64,000 bases of DNA from an uncultured virus (IMG/VR IMGVR_UViG_3300025626_000018) (Duplodnaviria > Heunggongvirae > Uroviricota > Caudoviricetes): positions 1-64,000 of IMG/VR virus record IMGVR_UViG_3300025626_000018; one strand, written 5' to 3'. Numbering within the stretch: position 1 is the stretch's first letter; each line of letters begins with the position of its first letter. Shown piece by piece: positions 19,382 to 28,114 of the stretch. The notes beneath the pieces are model-generated. The model searched no databases. It was given only the letters and a program-made list of their open reading frames with translations, and was not told where the DNA came from. The position numbers were made by a program, and so were the translations under genes.

Positions 19382-21096
19382 TTGTATTTTCAAATATTCG
19401 ATGGAAGAATTTTCTGTCTACTGGTAATAATTGGTCAGAAATTGATTTGAATAAAACTAAATCAACACTTATTGTTGGTCATAATGGTGCAGGTAAATCT
19501 ACTTTACTGGATGCTTTATCATTTGCATTATTCGGAAAACCTCACCGTAATATTAATAAGCCTCAACTTGTTAATACTGTAAATAATAAGGATTGTTTAG
19601 TCGAGGTCAATTTTTATATTGGTAAAGCAGCATTTAAAGTAGTGCGTGGTATTAAACCAACAATATTTGAAATTTGGAAAAACGGCGAAATGATAAATCA
19701 ATCATCGCACGCTAAAGAATATCAACAAATTCTTGAAAGAAATATTATTAAACTTAATCATAAAAGCTTTCATCAAATTGTTGTGTTGGGATCATCCTCA
19801 TTTATACCATTTATGCAATTGCCTGCACAGCAACGGCGAGATGTTATTGAAGATTTGTTAGATATTAATATTTTTTCTAAAATGAATTCAATCTTAAAAG
19901 AAAAACAGACTGGTCTTAAAGATAAACTAAAAGATATTAATTATCAGTTTGAATTGATAAGAGAAAAAATTTCTTTACAGAAAAAATATATTCGGGAAGT
20001 CGAGGATCTGAATAATGATCAGGTCGATGAAAAGCAAGCCGAAATTGCTTTGTATGAATCAGAAATTGCAGAATTGCAATCTTTTAATAATACTATGTCT
20101 GATGAAATTGAAACATTAAGTAATGGTCTTGAAGAGTCGTTAAAAATTTGCCATGATAAGCGGCAAAACCTTTTGCATTATAAAAGCGAATTTACCCAAA
20201 AAATTCGATTATTAGTTAAAGATTCCAAATTCTATGAAGAGCATGATAATTGTCCAACATGTTCGCAAAGTATTCCAGAAGAATTAATTAAAACAAAATT
20301 ATCTGAAGCAAAAAATAAAGCTATAGAATTGCAATCAGCATTAGATATTGCCCAGGAAAACTCTAAATTAGTTGAGGAAAAACTTGAAAAATTAAATGAT
20401 TCAACAGCTATTATCCGCGATAAGACTTTATTAATGTCTGGTAATAACAGAGAGATTGTAAGAATTCGCTCACAAATTGAAACATTATCAACTGCTATTT
20501 CTAAAATTAAGGGTAATGAAGGCGATATTAAAAAGTCTTGGGAAAGTCTTCAAGCACTTGAAAATGAAAAAGAAGAGTATTTTGAAACCAAACTAAGTAT
20601 TAATGACGAATTTAATTATAACGCTGTTATGATGGAAATGCTAAAAGATACCGGCATTAAAACTAAAGTTATTAAACAATATATTCCAGTAATAAATAGA
20701 CTTGTAAATCAATATCTGCAAATCCTAGATTTTTATGTTCACTTTAATCTTGATGAAAGTTTTACTGAAACAATCAAATCTAGACATCGTGATTCATTCA
20801 CATATGACTCATTTAGTGAGGGCGAAAAGCAACGCATTGATCTAGCATTGCTTTTCACATGGCGTATGATTGCTAAAATGAAAAATTCTGTAGCAACCAA
20901 CTTGCTTGTTTTAGATGAAACATTCGATTCATCTTTAGACCATGATGGTGTAGATAATCTTATGAAAATATTATATACCCTTGACGATGACACTAATGTT
21001 TTTGTAATATCTCATAAAGGAGAAATTTTAGACGGAAAATTTAAGCAGAAAATTGAATTTACTAAAGATAAGAATTTTAGTAAAATTTTAGCATAA
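19378..21096 (+). CDS. gp46: Recombination ATPase gp46 (Rad50-like)
   Basis: GHNGAGKS, CPTC zinc hook, FSEGEK, LDE, ISH. Confidence 0.95.
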   Translation: MIVFSNIRWKNFLSTGNNWSEIDLNKTKSTLIVGHNGAGKSTLLDALSFALFGKPHRNINKPQLVNTVNNKDCLVEVNFYIGKAAFKVVRGIKPTIFEIWKNGEMINQSSHAKEYQQILERNIIKLNHKSFHQIVVLGSSSFIPFMQLPAQQRRDVIEDLLDINIFSKMNSILKEKQTGLKDKLKDINYQFELIREKISLQKKYIREVEDLNNDQVDEKQAEIALYESEIAELQSFNNTMSDEIETLSNGLEESLKICHDKRQNLLHYKSEFTQKIRLLVKDSKFYEEHDNCPTCSQSIPEELIKTKLSEAKNKAIELQSALDIAQENSKLVEEKLEKLNDSTAIIRDKTLLMSGNNREIVRIRSQIETLSTAISKIKGNEGDIKKSWESLQALENEKEEYFETKLSINDEFNYNAVMMEMLKDTGIKTKVIKQYIPVINRLVNQYLQILDFYVHFNLDESFTETIKSRHRDSFTYDSFSEGEKQRIDLALLFTWRMIAKMKNSVATNLLVLDETFDSSLDHDGVDNLMKILYTLDDDTNVFVISHKGEILDGKFKQKIEFTKDKNFSKILA

Positions 21097-21098
21097 GT

Positions 21099-21128
21099 GT
21101 TTACTTTACACAAAAAATAGTATATAAT
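21099..21128 (+). promoter_or_regulatory. Early-type promoter
   Basis: GTTTACT-17-TATAAT. Confidence 0.7.
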
Positions 21129-21152
21129 ACTAATATATGATGGAGATATATA

Positions 21153-21827
21153 ATGGAACTAAGCGAAACAACACTTTCAGTACTAAAAAACTTTTCTACT
21201 ATTAACTCAAATTTGGTTATGCAGCAAGGTAATGTAGTACATACTATTTCAGAAGCTAAAAACATTTTGGCTCGTACTGAAATTCCTGAAAACTTTCCTC
21301 AAGCTTTTGGTGTATATGATCTAAATGAATTTCTCGGAGTTCTTAATTTAGTTGATATCCCAAGACTTACGTTTGATGAAAATTCTGTTAAGATTGGTGA
21401 TTCTACTGGCCGATCTAAAGTAAAATATTTCTTTTCTGACCCAGAAATGCTTACTACTCCTACCAAAGAAGTAAAAATGCCTGAGGCAGATGTGCGGTTT
21501 ACTCTTGATAACGATACTCTTAATCGCATTAAGCGCGCCGCAGCCGCTCTTGGACATTCGGAAGTATCTGTATCCGGATCCCGAGACAGCATTACCTTGA
21601 CCGTAACTAGCTCAGATAATGCCACCGCAAATACCTATTCAATTGATGTTGAAGGTAGCTCAAACGCAGATAACTATAACTTTATTTTTAATATCGCAAA
21701 CTTGAAAGTTCTACCAGGTACCTATAACGTAGAAATTTCATCTAAACTAATTTCGAAATTAACTCACTCAGAAAGCACTCTAACCTATTGGATTGCTCTT
21801 GAAAAAACATCAACATACGGAGAATAA
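21153..21827 (+). CDS. gp45: Sliding clamp gp45
   Basis: LKNFSTINS, FGVYDLNEFL, YWIALE. Confidence 0.93.
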   Translation: MELSETTLSVLKNFSTINSNLVMQQGNVVHTISEAKNILARTEIPENFPQAFGVYDLNEFLGVLNLVDIPRLTFDENSVKIGDSTGRSKVKYFFSDPEMLTTPTKEVKMPEADVRFTLDNDTLNRIKRAAAALGHSEVSVSGSRDSITLTVTSSDNATANTYSIDVEGSSNADNYNFIFNIANLKVLPGTYNVEISSKLISKLTHSESTLTYWIALEKTSTYGE

Positions 21828-22042
21828 TGATGGCCGACCATAAACAAGCTTATGATACTATGAACAATATTGCTCGGAGCACTATTGCAGTAATTGATAC
21901 AGTTACACAGCGCGGAGGATTCCGCGGCGAAGAACTTAGTACTATTGGGCAGCTTAGAGATCAAGCTACTAATGCAGTACAGATTGTAGAAAACTGGAAA
22001 CAGGAACAATCAGAAGCCCCACAAGCCCCACAAAAAAAATAA
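21827..22042 (+). CDS. Hypothetical protein
   Basis: 71-aa coupled ORF (VID...QRGGFRGEEL..IG.LR). Confidence 0.7.
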   Translation: MMADHKQAYDTMNNIARSTIAVIDTVTQRGGFRGEELSTIGQLRDQATNAVQIVENWKQEQSEAPQAPQKK

Positions 22043-22046
22043 AATG

Positions 22047-22072
22047 AAGAGTGACGAAAGTCACTCTTTTTT
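22047..22072 (+). terminator. Rho-independent terminator
   Basis: aagagtgac-gaaa-gtcactctt + T-run. Confidence 0.8.
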
Positions 22073-22106
22073 ATCCTTGAATGAATAAAGTTATAGGTAT
22101 TATATT

Positions 22107-23045
22107 ATGAGCAATGATTTTTTGTGGACCGAAAAATATAGACCACAATGTGTAGACGATACAATTCTACAACCAGAATTTAAAGCAGTTTTTAAGCAAA
22201 TTGTTGCAACAGGTGAATTGCCCAATATGCTATTTTCTGGTAGTGCCGGTTTAGGTAAAACAACTATAGCAAAAGCTATGTGTAAAGAACTTGAATTAGA
22301 TTATATTATTATTAATGGTAGTGAAGAAGGTAATATTGATACGCTACGCACTAAAATTAAACAATTTGCTTCATCTGTTTCACTACAAGGAGGATACAAA
22401 GTAGTTATTTTGGATGAAGCTGATTATCTTAATGCACAATCAACTCAACCCGCTTTGCGTGGATTTATTGAAGAATTTTCTAATAATTGTCGATTTATTT
22501 TAACATGTAATTTTAAAAATCGCATTATTGAACCATTACATTCTCGTTGTAGTGTATATGAATTTAATACCACTAAAAAAGAAATGGCTGGCTTAGCAGC
22601 TGAATTCATGAATAAAACTATTACTATTCTTGAAAAAGAAAATGTTGCATACGAGAAAAATGCCCTTGCAAATCTTATTATGAAATTTGCGCCAGATTGG
22701 CGGAGAGTTTTAAATGAAGTACAGCGATATTCTGTTTCTGGTAAAATTGATGCTGGTATTTTAGTTAATTTAACAGATAAAACATTTGACGATCTCTTTT
22801 TATTTTTAAAAACAAAAGATTTTAAAAAGATGCGTAACTGGGTAGTTAATAATGTAGATACAGATGCTTCCTCAATCTTTAGAGGTATCTATGACAGAAT
22901 GAACGATAAGGTTGATGCATCTACAATCCCACAGTTGGTTCTTATTTTGGCGGATTACCAGTATAAAAATGCATTTGTTGCCGATCATGAAATAAATATT
23001 GTAGCATGCTTAACCGAAATTATGGCTAATGTAAATTTTAAGTAA
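22107..23045 (+). CDS. gp44: Clamp loader large subunit gp44
   Basis: WTEKYRP, GLGKTT, ILDEAD, SRC motif. Confidence 0.95.
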   Translation: MSNDFLWTEKYRPQCVDDTILQPEFKAVFKQIVATGELPNMLFSGSAGLGKTTIAKAMCKELELDYIIINGSEEGNIDTLRTKIKQFASSVSLQGGYKVVILDEADYLNAQSTQPALRGFIEEFSNNCRFILTCNFKNRIIEPLHSRCSVYEFNTTKKEMAGLAAEFMNKTITILEKENVAYEKNALANLIMKFAPDWRRVLNEVQRYSVSGKIDAGILVNLTDKTFDDLFLFLKTKDFKKMRNWVVNNVDTDASSIFRGIYDRMNDKVDASTIPQLVLILADYQYKNAFVADHEINIVACLTEIMANVNFK

Positions 23046-23055
23046 GGATTTTTAT

Positions 23056-23649
23056 ATGACAACGCAAGATAATGCATGTATTTTTGATTTTGAAACATTG
23101 TCCAGAGATACAACTAATGGGGTTGTTGTTTCAATGACAATGCTTAATTTTAGTGAAGCCCGCTTTACTACTCAACCATATACTTTTCCAGAATTAGTAC
23201 GTGCCACAAAAACTATTAAATTTAATGTCCAAGAGCAAGTGAAAAAGTATAACCGTAAGATTGAAAAAGAAACCCTTGATTGGTGGGGTGAACAAATACC
23301 GCCAGTAAAAAAACAGATTAATCCAACTCCTTCTGATGTATCAATTGCAAAACTTTATGATTTTTTTATTTTAAATAAACCATTTTCAATTGAAAAAATA
23401 TATACCCGTGGTAATACATTTGATCCAATTTTTGTTGAAAGTATTATACGCCAAACTGAACATATGATGCCGTATGATTGGTGGGAAGTTCGTGACACCC
23501 GTTCACTTATTGAGGGTCTATCTTGGGGGACCGACTTAAAAAATACCTTTATCCCACCAAAATGCGAAGGCTTTGTAAAGCATGACCCTACACATGATAT
23601 TTCAATCGATGTAATGAGAATGCAAACATTAGTACAGGCTATAACATAA
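23056..23649 (+). CDS. dexA: DexA-like 3'-5' exonuclease
   Basis: DFET, RGNTFD, RDTR, HDP.HD DnaQ-like motifs. Confidence 0.75.
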   Translation: MTTQDNACIFDFETLSRDTTNGVVVSMTMLNFSEARFTTQPYTFPELVRATKTIKFNVQEQVKKYNRKIEKETLDWWGEQIPPVKKQINPTPSDVSIAKLYDFFILNKPFSIEKIYTRGNTFDPIFVESIIRQTEHMMPYDWWEVRDTRSLIEGLSWGTDLKNTFIPPKCEGFVKHDPTHDISIDVMRMQTLVQAIT

Positions 23650-23653
23650 AATT

Positions 23654-23683
23654 GTTTACAAAATTTTAAATTTGAGATATAAT
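23654..23683 (+). promoter_or_regulatory. Early-type promoter
   Basis: GTTTACA-17-TATAAT. Confidence 0.7.
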
Positions 23684-23688
23684 ATAAA

Positions 23689-24366
23689 ATGAACACCACT
23701 ATTATTTCTTTACCCCGAACAGCATCTTCTTTTGTAATACGCCATTATGCTAAAATTCATAATTTGGTAAGTTATGATGAATTATTTAAATCGTACAATA
23801 TTCATAAATTAAATGATTTTTGTTCTACTGATGCTTGCATAGCAAAATTACAGCCATTAGATTATTTCGATCATAACGAAAAATATAATATAGATAATAT
23901 TCTTTCTAATAATAAAATATTAATTATAAAACCACCCACTTATTTAGAGTGCTATACTTCTTTTATAATTTCCGTCGCTATGACTAATAGAGATACCACT
24001 GGTGAGACTGGAAAGTATTGGAATTTAAAACTTATTAATAAATCAGTTAATGCTGTATTAACACCAACAGATTTTTATGCTCAATTAAAAAAACCAGTAA
24101 CGCGCGAGGAATCTTTTGATGCTATTAGATATTATACCCGGCATGTTAACGCGTTTATTCGCCTTAATACTATAGTGAAGTTTTTATCAAATAATATAAA
24201 GATTATAACACCATCAATGATATCTTCTTTTGATCCAAGCAAAGCAAGTAAACTTTCAAAAGATTTGAGTCAAAAAACAGATTTAATTGACGATTGGCCA
24301 GAAGTAAAAAAAGAAATTGAAATAGCAGCACACTCGCAATGGGAAAAAATTAATGAATCACTTTGA
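23689..24366 (+). CDS. Hypothetical protein, sulfotransferase-like N-terminus
   Basis: IISLPRTASS resembles the 5'-PAPS-binding loop, followed by ELF. Confidence 0.45.
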   Translation: MNTTIISLPRTASSFVIRHYAKIHNLVSYDELFKSYNIHKLNDFCSTDACIAKLQPLDYFDHNEKYNIDNILSNNKILIIKPPTYLECYTSFIISVAMTNRDTTGETGKYWNLKLINKSVNAVLTPTDFYAQLKKPVTREESFDAIRYYTRHVNAFIRLNTIVKFLSNNIKIITPSMISSFDPSKASKLSKDLSQKTDLIDDWPEVKKEIEIAAHSQWEKINESL

Positions 24367-24736
24367 TTATATGACATCAATTACTTCTAGTAAAATCGAC
24401 ATTATGTGCGATGATATAGATGAAAAAGCCTATAATTCATTTATGGTTAATCGCGGATTGTCATATTTTTATGATACTGTATTGTTTGCTAATGAAATGA
24501 ACAAATATAGTCATTTGGATAGTAGATTGCAATATGATTTCTTGCGACAAATTGTGCGGAAAAAAAAGCGGTTCTCAAAATGGAATAAAGCATCTAAAGA
24601 AGATAATATTAATTTAATTAAAGAATACTATGGATATTCTAATGAAAAAGCCCATCAAATTATAGATTTACTATCCGAAGAACAACTTGCTGAAATAAAA
24701 ATAAAACTTTTTAAAGGTGGAAAAAGAAAACCTTAA
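24353..24736 (+). CDS. gp62: Clamp loader small subunit gp62
   Basis: YNSFMVNRGLS, ANEMN, QYDF, KKRFSKW, YYGYS..KA. Confidence 0.92.
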   Translation: MNHFDYMTSITSSKIDIMCDDIDEKAYNSFMVNRGLSYFYDTVLFANEMNKYSHLDSRLQYDFLRQIVRKKKRFSKWNKASKEDNINLIKEYYGYSNEKAHQIIDLLSEEQLAEIKIKLFKGGKRKP

Positions 24737-24828
24737 ATATTTTATTTGTATAAATAATCCATATAGGCAACAATAATATGCTTTAGTAATAGTATATAAT
24801 AACAAATAAAAAGATATGGATTGATTGA

Positions 24829-25239
24829 ATGGAAGATAATAAAATTGCGCAGTGGTCTCCCGAGATGATGCTCGAAATCACTATTGCCGAGCCCGATGAT
24901 TTTTTAAAGATTCGAGAAACCCTCACTAGAATTGGTATTGCATCAAAAAAAGAAAATAAACTATTTCAGTCTTGCCATATTTTGCATAAACAAGGCAGAT
25001 ATTTTATTGTACATTTCAAAGAATTATTTCTTTTGGACGGCAAAAAATCAAATCTTGAAGAAAGTGATGTAGCCCGTAGAAATACAATTGCTACATTAAT
25101 GTCTGATTGGGGATTGATTGAAATTGTAAATGCTGAATTGGCAACTCCAGTATCTCCATTACGTCATATAAAAATTATTCCATTTAAAGATAAAGATAAA
25201 TGGGAACTCTGTCCAAAATATAATATTGGTAAAAAATGA
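24829..25239 (+). CDS. regA: Translational repressor RegA
   Basis: DDFLKIRETLTRIGIAS, QSCHILHKQGRYFIVHFKELF. Confidence 0.96.
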   Translation: MEDNKIAQWSPEMMLEITIAEPDDFLKIRETLTRIGIASKKENKLFQSCHILHKQGRYFIVHFKELFLLDGKKSNLEESDVARRNTIATLMSDWGLIEIVNAELATPVSPLRHIKIIPFKDKDKWELCPKYNIGKK

Positions 25240-25307
25240 CTTGTCCGGAATGTATGACAGATCTAGGTCAAGATAATTTTTGTCCGCATTGTAGAGTGAA
25301 AAGATAA
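25236..25307 (+). CDS. 23-aa zinc-ribbon microprotein MTCPECMTDLGQDNFCPHCRVKR
   Basis: ATGA overlap with regA stop; two CPxC motifs. Confidence 0.55.
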   Translation: MTCPECMTDLGQDNFCPHCRVKR

Positions 25308-25329
25308 TTTTTTTATAAATCGGTATATT

Positions 25330-26079
25330 ATGAAATTTGATATTAAGGGTTTAATTACTAGTTATGGAAAAGCTTTGGCTTTAGTTCCAGATCAAAGTAC
25401 TTTTCGATATGATATTTTTAGACAATATGACCATCGGTTTTTATTTAATTTTAATACAATTGGATATAATAGACCTTTTACAACTAGAGCCTATATAGAG
25501 TTTTTAAAGAAAAATAAAAAAATATTAGATGATAATATTTGTTCAACATATATTAAGAATTCCATAGATCGCGGCCGAACTTATGATTGGTTAAACTATA
25601 GAAATCACGATGATTTATATTCTTATGATATTCTTTCTTTTTGTAGAGCTACTGCTATTCCTAAAGGATATTTTAAATCAGTTAATTTTGAAAAAGATGG
25701 TAAGCGGATCGAAGAATGGAATTTTGAAAAATCGCGTACTATTTTTTTAAATCAACGATATAGAAAAAGTAGTATATACGTTCCTATAGAAAATAATATT
25801 ATTAGTAATAAAATAATTCGCGGATTATATACTGGCCACCCCATGCTATGGTACTCAATACCAAATATTAAACCATTAATGGAAGATTTGGGGTTTAAAT
25901 TTATGCCTTATATTAATTATGAATTTGATTCTATAAAAAATCCAATCGGTAGATTATTTGCTTTAATTAAAGAAGTAGAGCGTTTACAAACATTAGATAT
26001 ACCTCTTATATGCGCAAAATATTCTTATGTAGTATCTTCAAATAATCAAAATTTATTTGATAAAATCATAAAAAATTAA
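25330..26079 (+). CDS. Hypothetical protein, possibly glycosyltransferase-related
   Basis: C-terminal ISNKIIR.L..GHP..W...LGFK...EFD pattern; weak. Confidence 0.45.
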   Translation: MKFDIKGLITSYGKALALVPDQSTFRYDIFRQYDHRFLFNFNTIGYNRPFTTRAYIEFLKKNKKILDDNICSTYIKNSIDRGRTYDWLNYRNHDDLYSYDILSFCRATAIPKGYFKSVNFEKDGKRIEEWNFEKSRTIFLNQRYRKSSIYVPIENNIISNKIIRGLYTGHPMLWYSIPNIKPLMEDLGFKFMPYINYEFDSIKNPIGRLFALIKEVERLQTLDIPLICAKYSYVVSSNNQNLFDKIIKN

Positions 26080-26184
26080 AAAAAATTATTTACATTATAG
26101 CTGAAATATGTTATACTATATAAATACAATGGTAATGCGGATAGACCGGTTACTTAACAATCTTGCTTGTAAAAGGAGAAAACT

Positions 26185-26673
26185 ATGACAGGCGTTCAAA
26201 ATTTATTCCCCCGTGGCTCATTTATTGGTTTTGACCATTTATTTAATGAGCTTGATCATGTTGCTAAACATGCTAATGATCATTATCCACCCCACAACAT
26301 AATCAAAACTGATGAAGATAATTATCTAATCGAATTGGCTGTTGCGGGGTTTTCAAAAGATGAACTGTCAATTGAGGTCAAAGACCGAACATTAACAGTA
26401 ATGGGGGATCACATTTCAAAGGGTCGTGAGTTTATTCACCGTGGTATTTCTACGAAGAAATTTAAACGCACCTTTAGGCTGTCTGAGCACGTTTACGTGC
26501 ATGGAGCAGATATTCAAGATGGCATTCTAGCAGTTGAACTGAAATATGTTGTCCCAGAAAATCAGCGTCCTCGTATAATTTCAATTGGAAAAAACGAGGG
26601 TCAAAATGACACACACAATAACCAACTACTTACCGAAACTGACGGTAATCACCCCAGTCGTACAACTCTTTAG
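26185..26673 (+). CDS. hsp20: Small heat shock protein (Hsp20/IbpA-like)
   Basis: IGFD, YPPHNI, IELAVAGF, HRGIS..F.R.F.L, DGIL. Confidence 0.95.
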   Translation: MTGVQNLFPRGSFIGFDHLFNELDHVAKHANDHYPPHNIIKTDEDNYLIELAVAGFSKDELSIEVKDRTLTVMGDHISKGREFIHRGISTKKFKRTFRLSEHVYVHGADIQDGILAVELKYVVPENQRPRIISIGKNEGQNDTHNNQLLTETDGNHPSRTTL

Positions 26674-26866
26674 CGTTGTTAGCAATTACTTAACTAAGCT
26701 TCACGCTTCGTACCGTATGGCAAGAGATGTTGCTAAAACTATTCAGGAGTTGAATAAACTTTCAAACGCTGAATTATCTGACATTGGTATTAGTCGTGGT
26801 GATATTTATACCATAGCTAATCAAAATGTTAGTGATTACCATGGCAAAATTCGTGGGAGAGTGTAA
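26606..26866 (+). CDS. DUF1127 (YjiS-like) small protein
   Basis: ELNKLSNAELSDIGISRGDI signature; GAGG RBS before ATG. Confidence 0.8.
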   Translation: MTHTITNYLPKLTVITPVVQLFSVVSNYLTKLHASYRMARDVAKTIQELNKLSNAELSDIGISRGDIYTIANQNVSDYHGKIRGRV

Positions 26867-26867
26867 C

Positions 26868-27041
26868 ATGGTTGCTATTACATATAACTATATTGCCAGT
26901 CCCTTTGCCGGTCTTGGTAAGAATATTATGAATAAACTGGAAATGATTGGCTATGCTAGAGCAGCAGCTCATTTGGCTAATCATGGTTTTCATGAAGAAG
27001 CTAAAAAGTGTATGATGGAATACGCCAAGCTTCAAAAGTAA
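26868..27041 (+). CDS. Small hypothetical protein
   Basis: 57-aa ORF with GGGAG RBS (IGYARAAAHL...GFHEEAK). Confidence 0.65.
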   Translation: MVAITYNYIASPFAGLGKNIMNKLEMIGYARAAAHLANHGFHEEAKKCMMEYAKLQK

Positions 27042-27064
27042 GGGTCACTACTTAATAAGTGCGC

Positions 27065-27097
27065 GGGAGGCCACGGTTAGCCTCCCAATTTATTTTA
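27065..27097 (+). terminator. Probable terminator
   Basis: gggaggc-cacggtta-gcctccc followed by AT/T-rich tail. Confidence 0.6.
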
Positions 27098-27135
27098 CAG
27101 AATATTAAATACTAAGCATTGAGAGGAAATATAAT

Positions 27136-27501
27136 ATGACTAAAAACTTAGTAGCATTTATTGCTTTTTTTATCGTAACAGGTTCCGCAGCGCATGCTGA
27201 TAAAGCATTTAGAAAATGTGCATCTTGTCATAGTATTGAAGAAGGCGCAAAAAACGGCGCTGGACCAAACCTATGGAATGTTATGAATCGTGGCGTAGCA
27301 ACAAATGAAGATTATCGTTATAGTAAAAAACTATTAGCATGGGCAGAAGAAAACCCCCAATGGACTCCTGAGCTTATAGATAAGTGGCTAACCAATTCTA
27401 AAAAACTGGTTAAAGGTACTAAGATGAATTTCAAAGAAAAGAAAGAATCTGGGCGCCAAGTTATTATTGAATATCTACAATCAATGGGAGTAAAACAATG
27501 A
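27136..27501 (+). CDS. Class I cytochrome c (c2-like) with signal peptide
   Basis: Signal peptide ending AHA; CASCH haem motif; GPNL; GTKMNF axial Met. Confidence 0.9.
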   Translation: MTKNLVAFIAFFIVTGSAAHADKAFRKCASCHSIEEGAKNGAGPNLWNVMNRGVATNEDYRYSKKLLAWAEENPQWTPELIDKWLTNSKKLVKGTKMNFKEKKESGRQVIIEYLQSMGVKQ

Positions 27502-27710
27502 CAACACTAAGATTGCAAATGATTAATGCAGCATATGATCATGCTAAAGCACATGTTGAAAAACATAAAATGAATATTGAAATCTATTTAACAAATCCAG
27601 TTGGAGTTGGCGAACACTCTGATGTTATGGACGCAATTGAAAAAGAACTTGAGGAGATGGCAAAATATGAAGATCATATGGAAATTCTTAACAAGTACTT
27701 CCCGAAATAA
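27498..27710 (+). CDS. Conserved phage hypothetical protein
   Basis: NIEIYLTNPVGVGEHSD; coupled ORF. Confidence 0.7.
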   Translation: MTTLRLQMINAAYDHAKAHVEKHKMNIEIYLTNPVGVGEHSDVMDAIEKELEEMAKYEDHMEILNKYFPK

Positions 27711-27791
27711 TAGCGCGAGTCAGCATAGGGCTCATACTATTAAATACGAAGATCTATGCATGTAAACACATAACACACAAAGGAGTCTATT

Positions 27792-28013
27792 ATGACTAAT
27801 AAAAACCCATTCGAGATCCGTGCAGATATGCTGCAACTTGCAAAAGAGTACATGGATCAACAGCAGCAAATTAATGTTCAGTTTGCTGAAGCAATGATGG
27901 AAAAAGGTAAGAAGAGCCTTGAAGATATTCAAGAGTCTTACCAGATGTATTCAGTGGATGAATTGATGGAAAAAGCTAAAGAAATGTATAGCTTTGTTTC
28001 AAGTAAAACATAA
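27792..28013 (+). CDS. Conserved phage hypothetical protein
   Basis: KNPFEIR..ML.LAK...A.EMY.FVS; AAGGAG RBS. Confidence 0.7.
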   Translation: MTNKNPFEIRADMLQLAKEYMDQQQQINVQFAEAMMEKGKKSLEDIQESYQMYSVDELMEKAKEMYSFVSSKT

Positions 28014-28031
28014 CTAATACTAATATTAATT

Positions 28032-28056
28032 GGGGGGTGTTCAATGCCCCCCTTTT
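28032..28056 (+). terminator. Probable terminator
   Basis: ggggggtg...tgcccccc + TTTT. Confidence 0.65.
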
Positions 28057-28114
28057 ATGCTATAATAATAATAATATAAATATATTATGATACCATCCCA
28101 TATGGAGAAGTTAA

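Noticed and set aside
27042..27090. Riboswitch or cuckoo sRNA after the DUF1127 operon
   Set aside because: A single hairpin with CCTCCC in the stem rather than repeated loops; more simply a terminator
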